Shown here in pieces: positions 23,860-36,738 of a DNA stretch of 64,000 bases. The stretch lies in assembly GCA_013265495.1 (NCBI GenBank), contig MU058824.1, positions 868,001-932,000 of the forward strand, read 5' to 3'. The translations under genes were made by a program, and so were the position numbers. The number at the start of each line of letters is the position of its first letter. Position 1 is the first letter of the stretch. Under the pieces are notes generated by a model. It saw only the letters and a program-made list of their open reading frames with translations, searched no databases and was not told the origin of the DNA. This stretch comes from Vicugna vicugna. Taxonomy: Eukaryota.

Positions 23860-25025
23860 AGTATAATGGAATTACCTACCTTGTAGGGCTATTGTGATGG
23901 TTGAATAACTTGGCATATGTAAATAAAAATGAAGTAGATGCTCCAAGCTTAGCATGTTGTAATATGTTAACCAGGTTAACATGTAAGGGGCATAGTCTCT
24001 GGAGGCAGCCTCCCTGGGAATGTATCCCAATTCTGTCATTTATTTACTGTGTGACCTTGAGCAAGTTCCCTAACTTATCTGTGCCCCAGCTTCCCCATCT
24101 GGAATGAGGAGATAATAATAGTACACCTGTCCAATAGAGTAAATGAGATAATGCACAGAAAGGTGCTAATAGTAGTGCTTGGCCCATAGTTAGTGCTCAC
24201 TAAAAAGGATTATGATCAACAGTGGGTTTTTGTGAGGAGTAAATGAAATGTTTTACATGAAAATACATATAGACTGTAAAACACTGCACAAATATTCAGT
24301 CAAGATTCACTGAGTTGATGAAGGAAGTAAAGATGCTCAGACAAAGGCCCTACCTTCCAGTACTGCTGATGGCAGCTGGAATTGGAAGTGAGAGAGTGAG
24401 GAGTCACCTGGGACAGTGAATGAGTAGATGAGAGAATTCAGCTTCCTGGAGAGATACTCTAGTCTGCCCAAGCAACCTTCCTTCTGGCTATAATAATCTT
24501 TATTGTTTGCAAAGCACTTTCACAAACTGTCTTGGTATTATTCCTTACCTTACCTCTGTAACTGGCAGGGCAGATGGAAATATTTTGTGTTTGAGGGCAT
24601 GGAGGCTCAGAGGTGAGGTGATTTTCTCCAGGGCTCTCTGCTTATAAGTGATGGAGCCTAGGCTCCCTCTTCCTCCTCCTCCCCAAGCTGTGCCTAGTGG
24701 CCATCTGTCCCAGACTAGATCTTGTCAGTGTTCTAGGGTATTGTTTTCTCTTGTTCTCTGCTGTACAGTATTGATTATTAGGTCCAGAAGTCTTCTTGAG
24801 GGAAGCTGTGTGTATGATGGGAGAAAAGGGATGGCAGAAAGGAGGCAGGGATTGGAATCCCATTGCACTGGGAGCTGCTCAGGTTGGGGTGATGCTTCAC
24901 AGAGAGGCCAGGATCTCTGGACATCATGATATTCACCTCTGTAGCCCTCTATTTCCTCATCAGTGAAATGGATGAATAAATATCTCCTTACTACTATGGT
25001 CTATTGTAAGGATTAAAAGAGAGAA
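23860..25025. mobile_element. MIR cluster (clearest copy 23985-24205 +; others ~23860-23960 +, 24225-24295 +, 24490-24680 -, 24860-25025 +)
   Basis: TGTGTGACCTTGAGCAAGTTCCCTAACTTATCTGTGCCCCAGCTTCCCCATCTG..ATAATAATAGTAC. Confidence 0.8.
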
Positions 25026-25629
25026 AGTATAATAGGACCTTCATACCTGGGGTCCCTAAAATGACTGAGTTCTTCTACCTTCTCATCTTTCATGGTATCA
25101 GAAACCCCTAAGAACTTCCCTCTTGTCCCCACAGTCACCACATTGGCTTCAGGTTGAGAGTGAAGGAGAGCGTCCATTTGGTCTCCCTGATCCCATGACC
25201 TGCCCACCTGGGTTCATGTCTGTACTCTGGTTCCTTCTTGCTCTCTGTTCCTTTCAGCCAGGGTCACAGCCTAAAGGTCATCTGAATCAGCTGCCCTTAA
25301 ATCTCTCTTCTGCACGCTCAGATTATCCTTCCACATATCTGAGGGCTCAAGAATGCAGGTGGCTTCTAAGAAAACACTAGGGTGAAGAAATCCTTTCTGT
25401 ATCATCTTGAGAGAGTGGCTACTTGAGTAACTCAAATGATAAGGAAGCATGTATAAATTTTAGTACTATTATTTTGCATAGACTTCTTTGTTTAAAACTC
25501 ACACTGGGACATTGTTGAGATAAGATATCAGGGAAACAGGCTTCCCTCTTCAGGAATTTGGATTTACTGAGATGAATCTTTGCGCTGAGTTCCAGCCCCA
25601 CCCACAGCCCCTTCAGGAGGAAGTAGCCA

Positions 25630-26200
25630 GGCCTGACCCCCATTTCTCTCTGCCATGGTCCTGGGTACTTCCTTGTTCACTGGTGGCCAAGCCACCCTAG
25701 CTATTCCAGCCACAGCTGGTTGAGTCAGGGATGATCAATTGACCGAATCTTTAGGCTGGCCAATGACAAATGAGGTAGGATGGTAAAGAACTGGACCAAT
25801 CAGATTTTCTCTCTGGGGGAGTTTAATGAAAGAGTTTATCATAGTAAGTCACTAATGTTTGCAGCCAAGGCAGAAAGACACATGGGGAGAATCAGAGACA
25901 GAGACATAAGTCAGCTAAACAGGGAGGCTTAGGCTAAGGATCCTCTATTGCGCTAGTGACTGTCAGTCCTGCTCTGGGTCCTGAGCAACTTTCCCTTTGT
26001 GAACAGCTCGCTTCCTGTCTCTAAAATGCAATTCTTCTTCTGTCTGGGAGTCTGGCTGGGCAGTTTCCCCCTGCATTTCCTTGAAACTTGGTCCAGAGTG
26101 AAGACCTTGATTTTTTTTTTACTTCTACATGTATTCTTTCAATAAACAGTTCATCCCTTAGAGTGACCTGAGTGAGTCTCTAGTCTTTGGACCTACAGTG
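25630..26200 (+). mobile_element. Ancient ERVL-class solo LTR (family uncertain)
   Basis: CTGGACCAATCAGATTTTCTCTCT..AATAAAC..GACCTGAGTGAGTCTCT, a layout typical of old ERVL LTRs. Confidence 0.55.
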
Positions 26201-26417
26201 TCAAACTGTCAAATGCCAGTGATCCCCCTTTCCCTTGTAGGAGGAGACAAGGCAACAGAGAAGCTGAGCCATTGCTGTCTTGGGTACATTGTCAACAGAC
26301 AGCCTTTCAGAGTGCTCCCTGACCACCCAGTTGAAAGCAACAGTCTGTTTCCACCCCAGCCAGTCATGCCATAAGGTCTTGTATTTTCTTCACAGAACTT
26401 ATCATCAGCTAATATCT

Positions 26418-27322
26418 TTATATTACCTTCCTGTGCTACCATAACAAATTACCACAAACTTAGTTGCTTAAAACAACATGCAGTTTACAGTGGGTTACAT
26501 CCCAATAAATTCATTGTAAATTGAAAATATCCTAAATCAAAAAGCATTTAATACGCCTGACCTACTGAACATCATAGCTTAGCCTAGCCTACCTTAAACA
26601 TGCTCAGAACACTTACAGTTAGCCTATAGTTGAGCAAAATCATCTAACATAAAGCTTATTTTATAATAAAGTGTTCAATAGCTCATGGAATTTATTGAAT
26701 ACTGCACTGAAAGTGAAAAGCAGAATGGTTGTAAGTGTATCGATTTTCACCCTTGTGATGGTGTGGCTGACTGGGAGCTGTGGCTGCAGCTGCACGGTAT
26801 CAAGAGACAGCATCCTACCACATATCACTAGCCTGGGGAAAGATCAAAATTCAAAGTACAATTTCTGCTGAATTCATACCACTTTTGCATCATCGTAAAG
26901 TTGAAAAATTATTAAGTTGAACTATTGTCAGTTGAGGGTCATCTGTACATTTATTCTCTTATAGTTCTGGAGGTCAGAAGTCTTAAATGAGTTTATGGAA
27001 TTCTGGAGGCCCTAGAGGACAATACATTCCTTGCCTTTTCCACCTTCTAGAGGGTGCCTGCACCCCTGGTTTGTATTCCTGCATCACAGAGTCTTTTCTC
27101 CCTTTGCTTCTATTGTCTCATTGCTGTCTCCTCCCTGACATTCCTGTATCCCTCGCCTTGTGCTTACATTTAGGGCCCACCCAGATAATCTTCCCTTCTC
27201 AAATTCCTTAACTCAATCACATCTGTAAAGTCTTCTTTTCCTTTTGCCACATGAGGTAACATTCACAGGTTCCAGGGATTAGGATGTAGACATCCTTAGG
27301 GGTCATTATCCAGTCTGTCACA
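26418..27322 (-). mobile_element. MLT1 (MLT1B/C-like) LTR split by a Tigger-type element
   Basis: CCATAACAAATTACCACAAACTTAGTTGCTTAAAACAACA | ATTTATTCTCTTATAGTTCTGGAGGTCAGAAGTC..CACAGGTTCCAGGGATTAGGATGTAGACATC. Confidence 0.85.
26481..26945. mobile_element. MER47/Tigger5-type non-autonomous TcMar DNA transposon
   Basis: GGGTTACATCCCAATAAA..CATCATAGCTTAGCCTAGCCTACCTTAAACATGCTCAGAACACTTAC..; right end ..GGTCATCTG followed by TA. Confidence 0.85.
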
Positions 27323-27369
27323 ATCTTGTTCATGTATTGGTTTGCTTGTTTATGTTTTTACTCTCCTTT

Positions 27370-27490
27370 CCACCCTCAGTAAAATAGACCCTCCATGGGA
27401 GCAGCGACCTCATCTGCTGTGTTTCCAGGACCTGAGATAGGGCCTAGCACATAGCAGATGCTGATACATGTTTGTGGAATGAATATATAA
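27370..27490 (+). mobile_element. L2 3' end
   Basis: GCCTAGCACATAGCAGATGCTGATACATGTTTGTGGAATGAAT. Confidence 0.7.
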
Positions 27491-27572
27491 GTGAATTAAC
27501 AGAATGGCAAAATCTCTAACATTCTAGAGGCTTCTCTGGTCTGGAATCATGTTCTCTTTTGGATCTTCTAAG

Positions 27573-27875
27573 CCAGTATTTTGTAAGCCAAACTGTTGTA
27601 TGGGATTCTATTTCTTCAAGATGACTTAGGGGAAAAAAGAATCCTGTGGTCAAGTAAGTCTGGGAGATACACTCAACTGTATCTTCTTAGAGATGTTCAG
27701 CGCACCTTAGCATTTACAGTCTCTGGGAAGTCCCTCAATAAAGAAACTTTGTTAATTGATTGCACAATCCAACAATGCCAAAACTCATTTAACCCAAGTT
27801 CTTTTTTTCTTTGTTATATCCTTTAATACTGTTTCACAAAATTAATGTTCAGGAACTCATGTTGGAAAATGCTAT
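27573..27875. mobile_element. MER103C-like hAT-Charlie element
   Basis: CTGTGGTCAAGTAAGTCTGGGAGA..TTAGCATTTACAGTCTCTGGGAAGTCCCTCAATAAAGAAAC..TTGGAAAATGCT. Confidence 0.65.
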
Positions 27876-28619
27876 TCTCACTGTGGGTTGCACCTTTTTT
27901 TCCTCTGAGTTTGTTGAAATCTTTTTTTTTTTCTGCCCTCTCTTTCTTCTTTTCCTTTAAAATTTTATCTCTTGTCTTATTTGGTCTTCGCTTTCTAACT
28001 TTGTTCTCGCAAATTCATCCTCCCATCCACTCTCCTGTCCCCCTTCCTGTCCTTCCTTACAGATGGTACTGATTGGAGAACACTCTGTCTCTTGGGCTTA
28101 GGCCTATGGACACTGTTCTTAGTGTCCCCACCACACTTTTATATTCATCTTTGGTTATGTGACCTTCATCTATCTTGTGAACATTTTCTTTTAAGTCCAA
28201 GTTTTTCAAAGATAAAAGAAGGCTTATTCCATTGACTTTTAGCTATTTCACAGATAAGGGGTAAAAAATGTTGTCAATCCATTGACAATTTACTTACCAA
28301 ATGTCCTCACCTGAGTCCTGAAGGAGTTACATTTCCTGGGTTGGAGGATGCTGCATCTTCTGGAAGGACTAATCTGGAGGCCTGGACACTCAACCTGGTC
28401 TTCTGGACATATGTTCATCTGAGCTGGACTCCACCACCTGAATGGAGTCAGAGAAACTATTTCTTGGATAGATATTCTTCTGTTCAAATGTTTGTTCTCC
28501 CCAAATTAAACTTAAGGCTTTGAACAATCTCTGTTCCTGGCATATCTCCAGGATCCAACTAGTATAACTTAGGTCTCACAGTAAGCATGTTTTGTTGTGA
28601 TCATATCTCTCTATTATTC

Positions 28620-29050
28620 TATTTTTCATAGTGCCTTCACATTCATTATCTTATCCAGTTCTCACAACAGTCTATGAAGCAGTACCACCCCCATTTTACA
28701 GATGAGGAAACAAAAATGCAAGTTAATGTGACCAGGGAATAAGTGACATTCAAGACTTAATTTCAGATCTTCACTCTTTCATAGATGCTTTTACACGAAA
28801 GTGAAGAAATGAGCAAATATTTGTAAAGTGCTTTCATGTTTGCAGTGCATTTTTATGTGCACTATATATAAAGTATATGGAATATTTTATGTACTTACAA
28901 GGATCTTATTTAATCCTTGCAAGTATTGTGTAGAATAGGCAGAGCAAGTATTTTGATCCACATTTTGTAAGTGCAAAAACCGAAAGCCTGAGGCTCAGGT
29001 CATAACTAGTCAATGGTAGCGATTAGATATAAAAGCAGAGCTTCCAAATT
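28620..29050 (-). mobile_element. Two MIR fragments
   Basis: CCCCATTTTACAGATGAGGAAAC and TCTTATTTAATCCTTGCAA..CACATTTTGTAAGTG. Confidence 0.7.
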
Positions 29051-30719
29051 CATGTGTTAAACACTTTCAGATACCTCAGACTCCCTTGTATCCCAAGGCT
29101 CATATTACAGGAGGAAAAGATACAAAATATATAGAAAATTGAATCTAAGATTAAAACAATTTGACTAACAAGCTAGGGGTAACAACTGGCTGAGGTAGGT
29201 ATTTAAAGTATTAGAATTAGATGTTAGAGACCTTCATTTTGTGACCTGAGGACACTCGCTTTTAGAGATGGACAGTGTGTAGAAACACCCACAGTGTGAT
29301 CCAAGGGTAGAGTTGATGAGTAAAGGAGATTTTACCCTTTATCTCAGTTCCCTATTCACTGTCTGTCCTCATTGTCAGGAAGCTCTTTTTTATTTGTAAA
29401 CGGATTCCCTCTCACTGAAGTTTGAATCCTCCTCTTGTTCTACCCCAGAGGAGAAGAACCTGGTTTGTCTCAAACCTTTCCTTTCTGTTTCACTCTGGCT
29501 AAAACAGAGTTGTGGGTTGTCTTGGTTTTACTTCCCCTATTGGCTGCATCCTTGCCTTTGAATAGTTCAGTCGAGGAAGCCCTCTTGCTTTGGCTTTTGA
29601 GAATGGCAGTAATTAATATAAAAAAAGAAAAGAAAAAAAGATGGCCAGAGTATAACTGGATATCATTTTTTTTAAGTTATATATTACTACCCCAGGTCAG
29701 GTTAGAAGAACTCCCTTAGTAACAGGCTATAGGTTCAAGGTGACACCAGGACACAGAGCATGGCTGGAGGTCTTTTGCATCCCAAAGCTGGATTCTGACA
29801 AGGTCTCAGACAAGGTCATGTGGACATGTCTGTCGGTGTGTAAGGTGAACTCAGACCTGGCTGAGCATGTCTGTCTCAGTCCCTGGAGGGGTTCACCCCC
29901 TCCGCCTCTGCATGGATTTATTCCTGAAGGGAAGTCACCCGGCAACTCCTGATTTGGAATTTTCTCCCCTCCCCACAAGGAATAATTTATGGCAAGCCCC
30001 AAAATAAGCTCCTTAAAATATCCAAACGTTGTTGTTGTTGGGTTTTTTCCTTCCCCTCTAAGTGTTTTACATCCAGGCCTCCATCAGGCAAATTTCGGAT
30101 AAAAGGTGATTAGTGTTTTGGCAGGATTTTCATGAGGCTTTCTCTTGTATTCCTGCCAAAGAGCTTGCCAGGCCCAGATTTGATTAAAATGGCAGTGGGC
30201 TCTGCTACTTGAATGTAATTAGAACCATTCATTAAAGCTTTTGCTGACAGTTTGGCAACCTGTGCATTTTTTCAGTGTATGGCCGGCAGCCCATGGAAAC
30301 AGCTCAGGGGAGGAGCAAGGGCCCAACAGCTCAGGCTGCGCTGGAGGAATGGGACATCCTTTGTGGCCCAGAGCTTTCTGCATGGCCAGGCTGGCATTCA
30401 CAGCCAGGGAGAGCTCCTTTAATTGGATTAAAGGGGATGGGAGGGCTGCCTTCTTAAGGAAACCAAAGCTAAGCAGGAGGTTTTTCGGGAATTTCATAGA
30501 GAATACAGTGTGCTTAAGTCCTAATGATGCACACCCTTGAACAAACCCATCACACAAGCACAAAGCCGCCCCAGGCAGTCAGCCATTTTCTAAGGAGGTG
30601 AATGTCTTTGGGTGCTTCATAGATGGTCTGACACTTAGTAGATACTCCCTAAATAATGAATAAAGAACAGAGGAGTAGAAAAAAAAATTGTTTATTTTGA
30701 CATCAGTTTTCAGAGTTGT

Positions 30720-31295
30720 GGTCTCCCTGCCTCCAGCTTTGTTTTCTCCAATCCATTTGCCATGATTAGCTTTGTAGAATGCCAAGCTGGCCATCTTTCT
30801 ACTTAAACATTTCAATGGCTCTCATTAGCCAGCCTTACCATGATCTGCATTGATCTAGGTCATGCATGGACCTAGACTACCTCCCTGGCTTTAGCTCTCA
30901 CTGCCTTCCCTGCCTTCTCTGCTTTGGTCACTACAAATTTCAAGTGGTTCCTGACAGAGTCTATTAAGCTTTCACTTTTGCACAAGCTGCTACCTCTACC
31001 TGAACACTCTTGTGCCATTCTGTCTTCATCTGATTCACTTCTGCATATTTGGAGTCCTTTGCTTGAGTGCCATTTCCTCCATATAGTTTTCCATGTGCTA
31101 CTCAAAAGTACTCTAAAACAATTTTTCTGGTCCCTATCATTGTGACCAGCACAATCTACTGAAATAGTGTGTGTGTGTATGAGCCCCCCTAAGACTGGGA
31201 CTATGTCTTATTCATCTGTGAATCCTCAGAACCTGGCACAGGACTTCAATATGGTAAATGCTCAGTAAGCATTTTCAAATGAATGAATGAATGTG
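30720..31295 (+). mobile_element. L2 3' portion
   Basis: Ends CCTGGCACAGG..ATGCTCAGTAAGCATTTTCAAATGAATGAATGAATG. Confidence 0.75.
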
Positions 31296-32439
31296 GTTGA
31301 ATATAGTGAATATGTATGTTCTCTGTGATTTTATTTCTAGGCCTCAACCGTTGTGCACAGTGACTCTGATGTTATGGTTTGTCTCAAAGATATTTGTTTC
31401 TACCCTTAAAGTCAGTCAGTTCCTTTAAGACAGTGCACAGAATAATCAAGGAGGTGTGTGCTTGGCTCCACAAAGAGGCCTCATGCCACAGAATCACAGC
31501 CTAGTGGAATGATTTGGTTGGCCATTCAAATCCTTCAGTACCCATTCCCTGACTCATCACCGCATTGACATGGACTCTTATGCTTGGCTTCATCCTTGGC
31601 AGTGTCCATCTTGACTCCAGAAAACAGCTTTAGCTTTACTCTGCCACCTTGATCTGACCTCTTAGAACGCTGTTTGTCCATTTCAGTCATACTATACCAC
31701 ATCTTGCAGTCCCATTTCGCAGGTTGCACACTCAAATGACATAGAGGTTGGATGACAGCACTGAGAAAGTCAGTGATACAGCCAAGTCTTCAGATACTAT
31801 GTGATATTACATGTACCATGGGAACAAGGAGAAAGGTGGAGGTGATGCCCAGTCATTCTTAGGTGGAAAGAACAAAAAACCTGAAAGATTTAAAGAGTGA
31901 TTCACAATGGAATTGCAGTGAACTACATAGTGTTTGAAGTCACCTGCCTTTGGCAGTAATTTTAATTACCTTTCGTGCCCCAGTGCTATCTCTGTTGGTA
32001 GCAGTTGGGTTTGTTGCCCTGCTTTGGAGGCATAATCTCATTCAATTTCAGGAGAAAGATGGGAGTGTTTGTAGGACAAGGTGACATGCTCTACTCAAAA
32101 ATCTTCATATGAGCACAGCAGATCTATTGTTTCTATGAAAAACAAATTATCCAAATATATATGTATTTGTATATTTGTATGGGTATGTAAATATATCTAC
32201 TGAGTTATATACATAAATTATATAAATATATAAATTATACAAATAGATATTTGTATATTGAGACATATATCTAAGTATAAGTATTAAATAGTTATTTTAA
32301 AAGTTTAGAAAAAATATAGACTAGATGACTCACATGGAGGGGACCCTTTCACTTGTTTATATACTTTGTTAAGAAGAGAATTTAAAATGATTGGTTTTTT
32401 TTACTTTTTTTGTGTTATTCTACCTTTATTTAGCAATTT

Positions 32440-32900
32440 TACTTCCAGTATTCTATTCTAAGATGATAATCAGGCAATGTATGGAGATGGTGTATATGTA
32501 TAAGGGTGTTCATTGAAGCAGCATCTGTGTACAGAGTAGCAAACATTGGAAATAATATAAATATTCAACAATGGGCACTAGTTGAGTAGATTGTTATATT
32601 TCCGTAGAATGAAATTCATGGCACCATTAAAAATAATGTAGAAAAATATTTATTGACACGAGAAATCATTCACAATATATTGCTGAGTGAAAAAAAAGAT
32701 GGTGAAATAATATATACATTATGATACGTTTTTGTTTACTAAATGTGTATGCATAGAGACAGTGTCTGGAAGAGATACAACAAAATGTTATCTGTGATCT
32801 ATCTTTGGGAGATAGGTTGAAAAGTATCTTCATTTTCTTTCTGTTGTGTGTATTTTCCAATTTTTCTACAATGGAAAGAAATCACATTTTATAATAATTT
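32440..32900 (+). mobile_element. Ancient L1 (L1ME-like) 3' remnant
   Basis: GTTCATTGAAGCAGC..TTGGAAATAATATAAATATTCAACAATGGG..TTTTCCAATTTTTCTACAATG. Confidence 0.7.
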
Positions 32901-33459
32901 AAAAAGTTATAAATCAGAATTGTGCCGCCTGGAGTTTAGCACAAACATGGGGCTCCAACTGGGGCTTTGCCATTGCCAAGGAAAGCGGAGAAACCAACTG
33001 TTTGGTTTCACACATGATGTTGGTGAGACTGCAGCCAAGGGCAGCATTTGTGTATGAGTGTGACCATTGAGACCAATGCCCGGGAACTTGATCATCACTC
33101 ACGCCCACGTCCTTTCCATATTGTTCCCAGTCTGGTTAAGATGCTGCTCAGAAGATGCATATTTCACTCAGGAGAGAGGAGTCTGAATCAAATTGGTTTT
33201 TTTCTAGCTACACCACGTATTTGCACCAATATTTATCCCATCTGTTCTGAGAGTCTGCTCCCCACTACTTACCAAAACTTTCGTCAGCTCCCCATTATTT
33301 GCAAGTTCTTTGGCCTGGCATGTAGGGTCTTACGAGGTCTGCCCCAGTGTGCTTTCCCATCCTTCTCTCCCTCAAGTTCCTTTCAGGTAACTTCTGCTCT
33401 AACCAGTCAGGACTGCTCACCATTTTCTAAGGGCTCAGATTGCTTTCAGCCGCCATGAT

Positions 33460-33970
33460 CAGAAATCCAAACTGACTTCTAGAGAAAGGAAGTATATTCT
33501 CTCACATAACAGGGATTCCGGAGATTGAGCGGGCTACAGGGATGATTGACTTAGCAGCTCAGTGATGTAATCAAGGATTCCCCTGCTCTGCTTTGCCATT
33601 CTTGGTGTTGGTTGCAACCTCAGACCCAAAGCAGTTGGCTGCAGCATTTCCAAGCATCATATCCAGACATGGCGACATCTTGAAGACAAAGGAACACTAT
33701 CTTTCCTGTGGTTTTCTCTTGAGATAAAACTATTCAGCCCTCCTAAAACACTCCCCCTCATATCTTGTTGGCCAGAAACGGGACACATGCTGTTCCTGAA
33801 CTAATCACTAACATGATGAGTGGCATTACTCTTTAATCAGTCAGGGCCATGCTTAGAGCTGGGAGAGGAGTCAGTCTTCCTGACACATGTGACTTGCATG
33901 ATGGAGGGGTGGATATCTTGAAAGAAATCTGGGGCTGTATATGAAGTAGGGGAATGCTGGATGGCCACTC
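33460..33970 (-). mobile_element. Old MLT1 (K/L-like) LTR inside an L2 remnant (~33290-34260, +)
   Basis: GCAGCTCAGTGATGTAATCAAGGA..GGCTGCAGCATTTCCAAGCATCATATCCAGACA..TTGGCCAGAA..CACATGC..CCTGAACTAATCAC. Confidence 0.65.
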
Positions 33971-35779
33971 CATCAAACTGATCCATTTTTTCCTATCTCA
34001 TGTATTTGTTCACACTGGTTTCCCTGCCTGGGATGCTCTTATTGCTAATTCTTCTTGTTCAGATTTTAGCATTTTGCCCATCTTTCATAGACTGACTCAA
34101 ACTACATCCTCCAGGAAGATTCTGTTCTCCCCAGCTAGTTGTAATGTCTTTTCCTTTGGAATAAAAATGGCAGTATGTTATACGTCTTCCTAAACACCTT
34201 TAAAATAGTCTGCTATATACTGTGGTTATTTGTGAGTATGTTTCTTAAACATGACTAGGGATTAAAAGATGAGCCAGTTAATTTGTTAGAATAATTATTA
34301 CTCAAGATCAGTGTGACCAGCGTGTAGTTTCCTATACAAGGCATGGTATGTGTGTCTCTAGTCTCCTCTCCCATGTGTACGACAGATAGAATTGATTGTA
34401 ACTAAGCCTGCTTAGCCTCAGAATCATTCTCACTATGGTGCTTCAGGAAGCCATCATTAAATGATTAGATCTAATGATGTAAACAAAACCTATTTGCCAC
34501 TTTTCGCCTACTACATGTAGGATACAGACAGATCAGTCTTTAGGAACAAAGTTAAGAGTCAGGGTTGGGTAGATACAGAGATGAGCAGTAAGTACATGAT
34601 CCCCTGGATTCAGGAAACTAGAGCCAGGGAAGAAACACAGCCATACACAAATTCTTCAAAAGCAAGGCGTAAGGTGGTGAGGGCCATGGAGAGGTCCTCA
34701 CAAAGAGCTGTGTGATTGTGGGATATTAGGACAGACTTCTTGGAGAAGGAATCTCTCCAGTGATCCTGTGTTCAGTACACACACTTAACCAATCCCTTGC
34801 TCTGACTACTTAGATTATTTCTTAAAATTTTTAAAAAAAATTTCGACCTTTTAATTTTACTGAACTCTTGTCATAGTCCTGAGATAGAAGTGAGAAAAAT
34901 ACTTGTTCAATATGATTAATAATACTAGAGTGAATATCCATGTGGTTAAATTTTAATAAATTTTTAATTATTCATGTAGGATAAATTCCTAGAAATAGAA
35001 TGGCTAAGACAAAGAGTATGTACATCTTAGGGATGTACATGTATATTATTAGGGATATATGTATATATTCACTCATTTTGGGGTTTCAATTATGTAAATA
35101 TATCATAGTTTTTCAATCAATTACTGGGCAAAATAACTACAAAATATACTACAATGAGTAGCCTCATACATATACATTCTATTTTTGCCAGTATATCTTT
35201 GGGTTAGAGTCCTAGAATTGGGCTGGCTGGGTCAAAGGGTAAACACATATGTGATTTTTATAGATATTAACAAATTCCCCTCAATAGAGATGATATCATT
35301 TTGCATTCCCACTAGCAATGTATGACAATGTCTGTTTCCCAAATTTTGCCAATAGTCAAACTTTTGGAATGGTACCTCAATGTCCTTTTCATTTGTATTT
35401 CCTTTATTGCGAGTTATATTAAGCATCTTTCATATGGTTAAGAGCTGTTTGCATTTCTTTTTCCATGAAAGTCTTGCTCATTTTTCAATAGATCATTGCT
35501 CTTTTTATTTCTATTTTTAGTCATTTATTTATTAGGAATATTAACCTGTTGTCTGTAATGTAAGTTAATATTTTTTCAGCTTGACATTTGTCTTTTACTA
35601 TCTTTTGATGTGTTTTTGCTGTGTAAAAGTTTATTTTAAACATTTTTATATAGACATTTATCTATCTTTTTTTAATGGCCTTTAGATCTTGAATCATAGG
35701 TTAAAACTTTTTTCTTATTCCTATATTACTGACCCATGCTTTCTTCTAGTACTTATATGGTTTGTCTCTTGTTTTTTTT

Positions 35780-35865
35780 TCTTCCTTCCTTCCTTCCTTC
35801 CTTTCCTTTTTCTTCTTTCCTTCCTTCCTTCCTCCCTCCCTCCCTTTCCTTCCTCCCTTCCTTCA
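35780..35865. repeat. (TTCC/CTCC)n pyrimidine microsatellite
   Basis: Directly visible. Confidence 0.9.
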
Positions 35866-36694
35866 TTCAAAATTCTGATTCAATTAGAATGTGTCCTAGT
35901 GCATAATGTGAGGAATGGGCCAAATTTTATCTTTTTCATCTATTATCCCAGTCATCTTTTCTCTATCATTTGTTTTATCATACATTAAATTTTATTTTAA
36001 ATTGGGTCTATTTCTGGATTTTCTATTCTCTTCTATTGGACTGTTTATTTACCAATATCACAATTTAATTATATAACATATGTCTAATACCTGATAGGGC
36101 TAACCCCAAATCCCCAATTGCTCTTATTTTACGGAGAGTTCCTAATTCCTTTTTCCTGCTTGATTTTGAAATGAAGTATATAATCAACTTGTCAAGGTCC
36201 AAGGGGAAAAAAACACCTGATGATATTTTTATTAGGATCATAAATTGATAGTTTAACTTAAGGATAACTGACTTTTCTGAATTTGAGTCTTTCTAACCAA
36301 AAATATCTTTCTATTTATATATATATATATGTATATATATGTGTGTGTGTGTATATATATTCACACACATATATATATAGTGTGTCTTTGGGGAGTGGTT
36401 TTTTTTTTCATTTTTCTCATAACGTTTTAAGTATTTCTTATTAGGTTTATGCTAAGTATTTGTATAAACAGGCTTTGCCTTCCATTTTATGTTCTAACTA
36501 GTTTGTGTTTTTAAATATGCTCTTGCTTTTCTATGTATTTTATTTTACTTTGATGTAATTTCAGACTTACAGAAAACATGAAAAAATAGTTCAAGGAACT
36601 TCCACATATACTTTCCCCAGATTTATTCGTTGTTTACATTTTGCCCCATTTGCTTTATCATTCTGTCTCTGTCTGTCTCTGTCTTTTTCTGCCT

Positions 36695-36698
<4 letters not shown>

Positions 36699-36735
<37 letters not shown>
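36699..36735. repeat. (AC)n microsatellite
   Basis: Directly visible. Confidence 0.95.

Positions 36736-36738
<3 letters not shown>

Noticed and set aside
34452..34486. Palindrome ATTAGATCTAAT with CATCATTA/TAATGATG arms and TGTAAACA
   Set aside because: Short AT-rich palindromes of this size are expected by chance in 64 kb
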